The position numbers and the translations under genes were made by a program. 64,000 bases of DNA, from NCBI RefSeq assembly GCF_000150275.1, contig NW_002060954.1, positions 992,001 through 1,056,000 of the forward strand, read 5' to 3'. The notes beneath the pieces were generated by a model that was not told where the DNA came from, searched no databases, and was given only the letters and a program-made list of their open reading frames with translations. Shown here one piece after another: positions 45,201 to 57,300 of this stretch (position 1 is the first letter of the stretch; every line of letters begins with the position of its first letter). The DNA comes from Trichoplax adhaerens (Eukaryota; Animalia; Placozoa).

Positions 45201-48200
45201 AGTTTCAAGATATGATCATGACCATATTCTAGACATGATATATTTAGCTTTAATTCAGTTTTTCAGTAGTCTTATGCTTATAATGTTATAAATATCTTTT
45301 ACCTCGATCTTTTCCTTTAGTTCCATAAAAAACTTTCCAATTACCTCCCATTTTCCAAAACATTCTATTATCCAACTATAAAATGATAAATTTAATTATG
45401 TAAATGGTAATGATAAACAATGTGACTGCACTTTTTTTTAAGTTTCATATTGATTTTCATGTGAAGTTAACANNNNNNNNNNNNNNNNNNNNNNNNNNNN
45501 NNNNNNNNNNNNNNNNNNNNNNTAATTATTATAAGAAAATGTACGCTTATAATTTATTATGTATTAGGTGCTCTAGTTAACTAAATATTGCAGTAATTTT
45601 TATTTATAAAATATAAAGAGTTCAAGTATAAATTATACTAATTTCAAATGAGTTAGAATCTAGAAATACTCACATTACTCAATTGCTGATGATCATCTTG
45701 AGGAGTTAAGTACTGTATTGTTGATTTTTTCTTATTACTATGAAATAAAGCAAACGCACATAACGGCTGCTCAAATAGTGTCATGGAGAATTTACCATTA
45801 ACGATAGATATGGGCAAGTTAATATAATTGGCTGTATTGCCAAGCTCTAATTCTCCATCATTTTCTTTCATGACTTGTTGTACCTATCGATAAATGTCAC
45901 CATCATTACTAGATGAAATAGAATAATATCACTATTGTTGCTATTTATATCCCTTACGTCCTTGGTAGCATTCTTTCCCTGTAATATGCAGCATTGTACG
46001 GATGACTCAATATAATGTAGCTTTAGGATATAACTGCCATTTTCTATAGGAAACTAGAAGTTAAATATAACGTAACATATGAAAATTAATATTGGCATAC
46101 CGGTATAACATACTGTATAGATAATTAATTATCATTTAATTGAAAATCGAGAAAGTAGAAATCTAAACAATGTGAATGTTTCATTTTTAAATCTATTAGA
46201 AATGGTAGTGACAGCTCCTGTCTATTCAACGAAATCTTTCTTTATATTTAACTAACATAATTTAAAATACATACTTCGTATTTAACTACTTTTTCATCGC
46301 CAGCAACATTTGAAGTTCGGTAGGTGCTATAAAGCAAGCCATCATCAGTATTCATAATAGTTTGATGCAGAACTGGATTCCGGTAAACTCCTTTTAGGTT
46401 AGTTCCTTGCAGTCCTATTAAATTTTAAGACATATAGTGAAAAATTAGTAATTAACTTAGCTGATCAAATAATATTTCTTAAATAATAATGAATATTGCT
46501 GATTTAATAAATTTAAGATTAGCTATACAGAAGTTATTTAAAGTTACGTATAGTATGCATCATATCTTAAAAAATAGCATTGATGTACTGTAGTAATCAC
46601 ATAAAAGAGATTATTTCATTTCGCGACTGTAGTTAGAATTAATGCCTCATCTATTTATTTCAGTTCATATAATAATTGGACGATAAAGTACCTTTCTGCG
46701 ATGATAGTAAGAAATTATTCTCACTTATATATACCACTCCTTGCGAATTTTCATAGGATGGTCCAGCACAATTAACAGCAACACCAACGTAGTTAGGTTG
46801 TCGAATTAGCTGCATTGGAGAACCATTTAGTTCTACCTTAATTTCAGAGCCTTCGACACCTGTTATATGGATATTTTTTAATTATTAAAAATATGTATAA
46901 AAGGTATAAATGTGCTCATCAGAGAACTGACTGTAAAATATTAGCTTATAATATTATTTATGATAAGTTCAAAAGTATTATCGTATACTACCATTAAATT
47001 ACAACAATAGCACAATTATTCTTTCTATCTTTGTGATTTACTTGATTTACCAATTAATTATTAATCAATATGATCATGGTTATCCATAATTTTCTAAATG
47101 TTGTAATTAGTTAAAAGAACATAATACTGTAGCTACATCAAAACCATTAAGTTAACGAAATGTGGATTTTAATGATTGAATAATCAATCATTTTACAATT
47201 ACCTGGTATATCGCCAATGCTATCAATTGCAAATACACGTATTAAATGAAGGCCAAGAATTCGTTGCCGTGAAGGCCACAATTTGGAAAATGTAAACTTG
47301 TTTTCACTTTCCTGATTTAATTCTTGTCTCTTAATACGAAATACTTCTTTCTCGTCGACAGTGATACAGAGTGTACTAGACTGTGAAAGCCAACCAGAAA
47401 TTTTTTCATTATCAATATCGACTTGGCTATGTAAAAATGATCGATCAGCTATAGCTAAACTGGCATGTTGGTTATGATCAGTTTGCTTCATGCCATGAGA
47501 TAACCGACTATCGCTAATATTAGATAAGATAGCATAACGACAAGGTCCAGACGGGCCGGAAACGTAAATGGATGCGTTGGATAATGAAAATTTCCATACG
47601 TTGGAATTATTTCCTTTGCTACCACTACCTTTAAAATAGCCAGCTTTTATGTCGAGATAAAGAATATTATTAGCTTATGCATATATGGTGTTAGTAGAAA
47701 TCAGTTAGTCCTTGACTCTACGAACGCAATTTTATACACTCTGTGATACACATATTAAAGTGTAGATAAGTACCGTATATTTAATTTGATGCTCTCGCAC
47801 TTAAAATCTGTTAATTTTTTTAGAGTAGCTCTAATTGCGCTTTGTGAACATGAATAGAAAATCATTAGATCTTACGCGTACCTCTAACCTTCCGTTTTTC
47901 ACTAGCTTCCGTCGAGACGGTCAATAAATACAAAGCTGAAATAGTTCGATCTTCATTGCCATAACTATGAGAGCATAAAACAATAAAAATGCAATGTTTT
48001 ATTGATGTCGCTAGCTTTAAAATCATCGTCTTTCTTTCTCCATCGATGGCTTGTGTATGATAAGTGAAATTTCTGAAAACGCTACTGTCTTTTATATCTT
48101 GATATCGGTCTGGTCTATTATGATAAAGACAATATGTACTTTCTTTAGGCCCTGATACTCTAAGGCGGCTATTTGGTCCTTTCGTTGAAAATTTCCATTG

Positions 48201-51200
48201 ACTATCGCCATATAATTTCTCTCCATGGAAATTATTGCCGTCTGAACCAAATCTATGCAATGAAAATGTTTTCATATCTGTTAAGTAGAGCGATATCTTT
48301 ACGTGATCCAGAATTACTAATTACAATACGCATTCAAGTCACTAACGGTGCTTCAGTAGTTTTACATCGAAATAATATTTGAATCTATTTGATATATGGG
48401 ATTTTTAATATCAGTATTATACAAAAACTACAAGATTAAAGGTGAAATTTAAATTAATACCCAGTATTGTTCACTAAAATTACATGATAATAAGAAGGAT
48501 AATGTTCTCCGATTTATAAGTTTCTAGTTGTATTACGTCGTACATTTTCAAATAGTTAATGATGAAATCTAGATTTTTAATTAAAGGGTAATATAGTATG
48601 ATAAAATTTCTTGAGAACAAGAAGGATAATTTTCTCTGGTCTATAATTATTATTATTTTTATTGAATATTTTTAAATAATTACTAGTGTTTATTGATTTG
48701 ATTTTATCTCGAAGTAATATCGAATTTCACATGATATTTCAGTTTTTAAGTATTAACAATAACCCTGAATAGCATACATGATTTATTAATATATTAAACA
48801 GTTATGGCCAAAGTAGAGTACAGTATAGTGGGCATAAAATTTGCTTATGTAGGTGTACGTAGGATGCCTTTCCACTTTTACTTGAAGGGAAATGGGGTAG
48901 TTTAAATTAAGTACCTTACCTGAGAAGATAAAGCGCACCAAATGCCGATAACTTTGCTTTTGCTCGGCCTTCACATGGTGCACTACATAATAAAATGGCT
49001 GCACCTCCATCTGATTCATCTACCTTGATGGGTAAATCACATATTAATTCGTTATCTTTAGGGATGCAAACTAAGCCACATCGTAGGCTCGTTTGATGAG
49101 CATGATTCGATAAGATAGTAACAAAATTAGCTCCACATCCGCTATTTAGGATCAGATTGCCTTTAACATCAGGATGAACATCTAATAGTGCAATTAAAGT
49201 CGATAGATTTCACTTATTGAGTATATTGCAATTAAAATAGCTTTAATTTCAATAAAGTTGCCTTAATTAATGATATAAAATTATGTATATGATAATTTTA
49301 AAAAATAATTCAAACTCTAGATATTTAAAATCTAGTATTAAAAAGTTCCAGAAAATTTCTTTTATATATCATATATCAGTTTTTTACAATTGTCAACTAG
49401 TAAGACTAATGATAGTATGATATAAATACAGTAAATCGAAAAATGATGGGAATTTTAGATTATAGTACTTCAATTCTAGGATGGATTATGGTACTTTGTC
49501 TATGATCCTACGAAAGACTATACTGGAGCTCTATAATTATAATCCAATCTCTAATGAAAGGTCATAATCGTAACTGCTTTAAGAGAAAATTAAATTCGCT
49601 GTAATTTAACCCTTTTAAATTATGGGATTATAAAGTTATTATGGAATTTATTTACTGCTATTATAAGTTCAGAATATTTTTGATACTATTAGATATTAGT
49701 ATAGTTAATAGTTATACATATGCAATCACCAAAGGTCGGTTGATGCTTTTTTCCTAACATCTGATGGATTATAGAGAGGCGACAATGATTTGAGTCGAAG
49801 CCAGATTGCAACATTAACAACGCGGCTGCAGTTTCACGATTGTATGTTGAAGAAACGATTAGAAGCGAAGTAGACCCTCCATATTGTCCATTGACATTAA
49901 AATCTAATTGAATTGAGCAACATAAAGGCCATACGACATGGGCACAATTGTTGATATCATCTGATACACCTATAATCAAATAAAGATTTAATTTGTTAGC
50001 GAAATTAATTACAGGATTGCTGTCCTAAGCTATTTCCGGTGATTTTTAATTAAGATATCTCATACAGTTTTAACGATATAACTATGCGGTACCCTGGCAT
50101 TTTACCGCAATATAACAGTGTTAAAAACTAAGTTGATCGACTTTAATCTTTATTTAGGCATAATGGAAGCCGTTAAATATTTTAATTCAATCAAATATTA
50201 ATTAAATAAACTCTGATGACAAGATAATGCCCGTGGAGGAATAGCAACGGTTATTCATCATTTCGATTTCGGCTTTCAGTTCCGTTTCTAGTACAGTAAT
50301 TCACTATCAGAATAGGAACATCATAATTTCTCTACACTTTATATGTTGCAACGAAAGGAAAGGTACTCTAGTATCGAGCTATCCACAGGTTAGCATGTTA
50401 AATATTAGATTTTTTCACATTTAATTATCAATAATGTTCTTCATTTTGGTATTAATCAACTTCATTTGTATCCATGATCCAATTGAAATTGTTAAGACTA
50501 ATTAACTTATATCATTGATCTAGCAGAAATTTAAAGTTTTGATACGATACCATTCGAAATATACGACAATAATTGTAATGATATTGTGATAGTGCTTAGA
50601 TATCAGAAGCAGTTTCTACACATTCCCTTTTTGTATATGTATATGTACAAGTTATAACACTCCAGTCAACATCAAATTGCAAGCATTCTGGATCTATAAG
50701 CTACCAGTATCCTATAATATAAGAATTTTTTTCTAATACTATGTCATGTTTTCCTTACGATCTATATTTTCCTTCAAGTGATTGTGACACAGTAACTTTA
50801 CATCTTTCCTCCGGTTATTATAAAAGAATAAGCTGTTCGAATATTTGCATAAAGTCCAGCATATATTTAGGGATTGATCTAACTTGTAGGTGATTTAATT
50901 ACGGTAGCTTTTTTGGCAGAATACTGAGATTGGTAACGACAGCTATCAGAAAATTCACATGACTTACGTACATGCTATAAAATGAGGGTATAAATGAAGT
51001 TATAGGAATGAAGAAATTATAGAATATTTGCTAGATTAATTTGTTATAAAGTTTCTCCGTTAGCATTAAGCAAGTTGTTAATAATGTATAAATGCGAATG
51101 ATTTATCAAGAATTTTCACGAGAAAAATGCGATGTGACGGTCTTTTTTTGAGATACATTATCGTTAGCCTATGATATCGTTAACAAGAGCGATAATAACT

Positions 51201-51701
51201 GTAATATGATCTAGCACTAACGAACTTGATTGCGATAGAAACTAAATCATATATTTTACCTTGGTAATACATATCAGTTTTTTTGAGTGATGCAAGGCTG
51301 CCAGAATAATCTAGAGATTGATTTTTTTCTACTTGTTCGCTATCTTGAATTACATTATTTATGACAATGATATTCTCATCTGATAGTGATGGAACTATGT
51401 CTTCACTTTGATCATTGTTTCCATTTTCTTGAACATTATCTTCTTGGACTACTTGGGAAAGTTCTTTCTCTTCGTTTACCTTATCCTCTTCACCTCCATT
51501 GACTAGTGTTACTCTTTTTACATCGCCATTGTCATTATTATCTTCTACGCTTTCTAGGATAATTTGTACTTTTGGATAACTGTCACTTTGTCCAATATTT
51601 GACTCTGATTGGATTGTATTGCTGTCTTTTTCATCAATATCGTCAACTTGATTCTCGCTATGATGATCAGATACTGGTATATTTTGAATATCGGTAGCCA
51701 T
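42264..51701 (-). CDS. Uncharacterised large multidomain protein: acidic N-terminus, 3 novel repeats, Ig-like module, malectin-like domain, FBA domain, TPR repeats
   Basis: Phase-compatible exons from MATDIQ (51701) to ...QDSCAI-TAA (42264). Malectin-like VAVNCAGPSYENSQGVVY / IMNTDDGLLYSTYR / KYEFPIENGSYILKLHYIE. FBA-like WKMGGNWKV / FVSSNTYCRKFQEIQL / PDIQAFEWY / WHKEVVTFRNYGTGVRIIHFES. TPRs with LGSDHPYV, GIIHPRTAGILNNIA, LGSSHPHT. An assembly gap lies in one intron, the junction near 43850-44010 is ambiguous, and the attachment of exon 1 is inferred from phase only. Confidence 0.75.
45473..45522. other. Assembly gap (50 N)
   Basis: Run of N in the intron between the malectin and FBA exons. 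Confidence 1.
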
Positions 51702-54335
51702 ATTTGTAGCATAAATAATTAAGCTAAGACTGGCAACTTCCTCCCAAATAGAGTTGATTACGTATACTACACTGATTTACAAGTAGTATTGTTGAAAAAT
51801 GAAATATCCAAGCAATGTATTATTGATCGACTTACATCAAGTGTTATAATTTAATTTATGTCTGTTAATTCTTTCTCTTTACAAGTCTTTTGTCGATTAG
51901 TTTAGGCATTAAATCAACAATGATTTAGGAGATTCTTTTAAAAAATTACTACTATATTACTGTAACAAAATAAACGATATTATTTCACTATTTCATAATC
52001 AAACATATAATCGATTCTATTAAAAAGACTTATAAGTTATTCCAAGACAGTATACAGGAAGTTAGAATCAAACAGAAGAAGCTTATGATTAAAAAAGTAA
52101 CGTTAATGTATAGATAATACTTATGCTATTCGGTTTAGATTAGAGTTTGTCAAAACAATTGCTATGATTTGACTTAATTGATTTAACTAAAGGCAAGAAG
52201 TATGAAACTCTAACAGAATAAGAATTAAGAAATAGTAAATGGTTATTATTTTTAAATCTATCGATTATATTTCAATCTATACCGTTATGTAGTAAAGAGA
52301 TATTAAAGATTGTTGTTCAATATTCATTTCATAAATAGTACTGATACAGATTCGTGTTTTACAATAATTGTTTGAACTTAAAATGGATCGTAGTCCACTC
52401 TTGTTATGTTGCTATTACACACGATAGTATACATGCGTACATGGTTTAGATGCTTAGTGTGAATATATTGCTAGACATCATCAACTAGACTTGATGGTAC
52501 ATTATATTCATTTGTATAGTTGCTAGACAAAACTATAGTAGTGAGAGCTAAACAACTCTTATTCGTTAATGACTTGAATGGTTGCTACCGTAAGCAATCC
52601 CCAATTTACATATCAATTAATGTCAACAACAATAGTATTGTAATAATTTCTATTTTTTCTTGAATGGGTTGATGTTGTTCCGTTCTATCCCATTTATTAT
52701 AATGATTTGATGTGGGTCAGCCCATTTTCCTCCTCTCTATTACCTATTACGGCACGTAAATAATATGAATATAAAGCTATAATTGTTTTTTAACGATCAC
52801 ACACGCATATATATATATGTATACAGACTGGTGATTACATATGTGTTATACTCCTAAGTGGCTAGGAATACCCATTTGATGTATTTATTTATATAACATA
52901 TCATTGGCTGCGATAGTCGAAGTCGTATAAAATATGTCAATGTCATAGATTGGTAGGATTAATCTCGAACATCTCAATAACTGATATTACTTTTTCTGAA
53001 CTTAAGTATTAGTTTATATCGTCAACTTATAATAGTTGATTTTCTGTATGATACAGCATATTAAATAATGTATAACTTCAATCGTAAATTTCGAATTGCT
53101 TCAGCTACAAAAGGAATAAAATTGCTTGCAATATACATTTGAACTCTTATAACTGCAACTTTTCCATATTTTACGTGTAATGATGTCATTTCAAGCATGT
53201 AATTCATAGAGATATTTTAACTCCCTACCTATTATTACTGATTAAGCTCTTTTAGTACGAACTTCTTATTTCAAATGAGGCCATTCATGTAGAATACATT
53301 CCGACTATTTAGGGGAATGAGATGCAAATTACAATCGAAAAAATAATTTTTTTAATTAAAGTAGCTACATTTTAACCGCGACAGATCTGCATTTTCACTG
53401 TTGTAAGTGCAGCCACATATATTTCGTTTTCAATGATAGCGTTTCACTTACATAATTTGTAAATATAACTTATTTTTCTATCTCTAATTAATAGCAATAA
53501 GTAGAAATTTTACTACGCATAGATGAGGACGAGGCATAAAATACATCGTAACGTCCTTACGACTGTTCGAGAAAGAGATCTATGGTACAAACAGTAAGCA
53601 CAGGCTTTCTAACAGTCAATTCACATACTGTCCACTATGTGCATGCATAGTTAACCATCTAAATTAACTGCTTTCTGTTAGTAATGTTAATGATTTAAAG
53701 CAATTCAATTCGTTAAAAAAATAGCTCAAATTTCATTGATTCTTCTTTTTTACTGCATGTAACCGCTGATACATTGTAAGTAGAGAGCTATTCTTGTTAT
53801 TGATTCTCAGCGTAAGAATAACGAGATTTCTTAATTTAGATAATTACTGTACTACCTTCTTGTACCCTGATATTATTTTTATTAGATATTAAAAACGTCA
53901 GAAGCTACAAATGTAGTGCATTGACACTCCAATACTGATGATTTCATAATTATAATTGATTAATAACTCTCGTCACATGTAATAGTGTAGATGTGCCAAA
54001 ACTATTTATCCCCAAATTAGTAGATAATTAAATCATATCGGAACTAAGGTATTAGCTAGAAGTCATGACAGTAAAGAGTACTGTTCAAAGTTAAAAAGGA
54101 TTGGTGTCAAGGAGGAATAGATTGCTTGAATTAAATTTTTTGATACTATACCATACCAACGTTACGGATATTACAGTAAGTTACAAATTACAAATTAGTC
54201 ACAATAAAGTGAACAGTCAAACTTAATTAAAAAGAACAATACTAAAATACATGAGAAAATACCTTAATAGTAGAAGTACACGATGACAACAAAAACAATA
54301 AAGTCGTTCGCTATAAAAAAAGGGCATTCAAAAAT

Positions 54336-57300
54336 TTAACTAACAAATAACATGTTTGTGAAAGCCTTATAATCAAATGCATCGGGAACAATATCTCCGT
54401 GAGCGTTGCGGTAGGGAGGCATGTTATTGACCAAATAATCTGCTTGATCTTTGGTTAACGACTACATTTGATAAGAAAATATAAATTTACGGATTAGAAA
54501 CCTACGCATTACTTCTTAAACGAATGTTATTGAAAAGCAAAGATCATATTAGAAATACTGTCGTAATAATAACCTGGTATAATTCCGATCCTATAATGTA
54601 TGGTTTATCACCATCAGCTGTTAAGGCTTTGAAAGCATCTTCAACATCTTTCTTTGAGGCAACATTTTCAGTTTCACGGCTAATCATGAACGCCATGTAT
54701 TCTTCAAGTGTTACAAATCCATCGCTATAACAAAAATTTATTTCCTTATATGATTTATAATTGCAACAGATCTAAAAACGTCGGCATTAAATACCCATTT
54801 GGATCAACAGATGCCAAAATAGCTTCAAATTCTGGATCTTTTTCTCCTTCTTCAACAACGGGAAGATCATAACCAAGTGAGCGAAGACATGATTTAAATT
54901 CGGCATGATCCAATTTTCCTGAACGATCTTTATCGAAATGCCTTCATAAAAATGAGTTACGCTTATTAGAAGAGCAGAATAGATATTATTATTAAAACAA
55001 ATTTTTACGTACCTGAATGTCGTACTAAATTCATTTAATTGTTCTTCAGATACACCGGAGCTGTTCCTGTTTACATAATTTCAACATCTTACTACATTTA
55101 CGAACTATTAAGGCATGACAAGATTATAGTCTATAGATTGTTTATATATGATATACTGTACCTAGCCTCAATTTGCTGTTCCAAATTATGCTGCATTCTC
55201 ATACCCAATTGATCGAGTTGGTCCCATTGTTGAGCTAAGCCAACAGTAGTATGTTCGGTGTACCTGTTAAGAAATTTGAGTTATATATAAGGATCAGCCC
55301 TTTGTCTTATGTTATTAAACGATTGCAGGAAATCTACGTTCTGTACTTGTTATCTAATATCAAGGCTTCCTCCAGTCGAGCTCCTAAATCTTCGATTTTC
55401 TTTAAATCAGTTTTTCGCCTAGTGACTTCAGCAGATATTTTCTGAAATAAATTAGCACAATGTTAGATGATAAGTTGAGAATCACATACAAACGACAATT
55501 GATGGGCTGCAATACCTTGGTATTTTCCAGTTGATCTTCTAAGCTTCCAGAGCCTTCTACCATATTTGCTCTACTCGAGTAAAAATAAATTGTTGTTTAA
55601 CTGTTAAAAACGTGAAAATATAATTTCCTGAAAACGAAGTCTGATATAGGAATTGTATTACCGTGTCTCTCTTAACCAAGTATGGAATGAATTAGCATAT
55701 TTTGCGAATTCCTGTCGCAATTTGTCGTTTTGTAGCTGTCTTTCCTCTTCTTTAGCAAGGTCTCCATCTCTTTCCTACATGGTGTAAGAGATCAATTTCG
55801 ATTCAAAATTCTTAAAGTATATATTGAAACATAAAGACATACAGCAACAATGCTTTGGATATTTTTCCAACTATCTTCAATAGCGTCCATAGTAAACCAG
55901 GTATATCTATTCAAAAGATACGAAGTTAGATCAATAACGTCAGAGTTAAGGTAACGGCTCATTCTGAGATAACATACGGATTGCTAGATCTTGTATATGT
56001 TTCAATCTTCTTAGTTAGATCTCTTAATTGCTGTAAGTTATTTTTTTCAGTTGCCAACGAATCTTTAAATTGTGCATGCTTTCCTCTCAAAGCCTGATAA
56101 AGAGTTCAAATAACTTAGATTCATAAAAGGCTAGTATAATCTATGAATTATTTAAAAATTTAATTACATAAATATACCTGAATTTCTTCAACTGAATTAC
56201 AACGGACAGGATCTGTAAGATCTTCCTCTGCATTTTCGTACCAGCTGTTGAACGCTGAAGCTTTCTTAGCGAAAGTTAAGAATAAATCCTCCAACTGAAG
56301 TCAATGTAGAAGAGTATTTTTCCGTTACATCATTAGGTTATTCATAATAAGTCTAGCAAAGATTTAAGTTAATTTAACATGAAAGATAAATATTACATAC
56401 TTCTTTAAATTTGTCTTGGCTTTGCAACAAGCGTCCACGACGATCAGCTGACAGATTTTTTAAATTTTCCCATCGATCTGCAACTTTTTTGTGACGGGCA
56501 TGGATGTCATCAGATTTGGCATGTTTCGAATCAATTAGGTCGTCCTTGAGGGATGTAAGATTTGCAATTCCTTCTTGTTCAAAAGCCGCGAGTCCAGAAT
56601 CAAAGGTATCCTGGAAGTAATAGAATTACATCATTATTTAACAAATTACTGTTACAATAGCCACTAATTTTATACTCATACAAGCTTAGTAATTAAAGCC
56701 TGAACGGATGATAAATCCTTTCCGTAATCTCCGGATTTTATTTGATTTTCTTTATCATCTAATTTAAAAGTAAATAAAGTATCAAGGAGTTACTTAATAA
56801 ACCATATTGTATTCATTTATTATTTCAATGATAAATACCCAAATTGCAAATATACTACCTATCCAAGATTCAACAACGTCAGCTTTCCACTTAAATTGCA
56901 AGAAATTGTGAGATTCCCTTAAGCCAGCTTTTCGTGTAACCGCAACATTTATTAAGACATGCAGTTTTGACTACCAGTGACAATAAAAAAATTACAAATT
57001 AATATTCATAGCTTACTCTTGTTACTGTACTTAACAAGGTATTTACAATACTTACATCTAGTGACTGACATCGTGCGGAAATATTATCCGATTGGTAATG
57101 ACCCTATAAGACAAAGTGCATCATTACTATCTGATTTACTTAAATTTAAAATTTCATTTCTTTATCACTTACATCGTTGACTAGTTTTTCGCCATCTCTA
57201 ACGGTCTTCTCTACACGATCACGCCTAATTTCTAGATCAGTCTCAAAAGCTTCATGTTTTTTTAGAAGATTCTATTATAAACAGTAATTGAAACAGTATG

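Noticed and set aside
48786-49019. ORF MNQMEVQPFYYVV in the supplied track
   Set aside because: Wrong frame. The exon starting near 49180 reads through as DESDGGAAILLCS..GALYLL in another frame that matches the internal repeat and splices in phase 2 to RFGSDGNN.
50500-50975. Possible additional exons of the lectin-TPR gene
   Set aside because: I could not build a stop-free, phase-consistent path through them, and exon 1 can splice directly (phase 1) to the exon at about 49970. Left unresolved.
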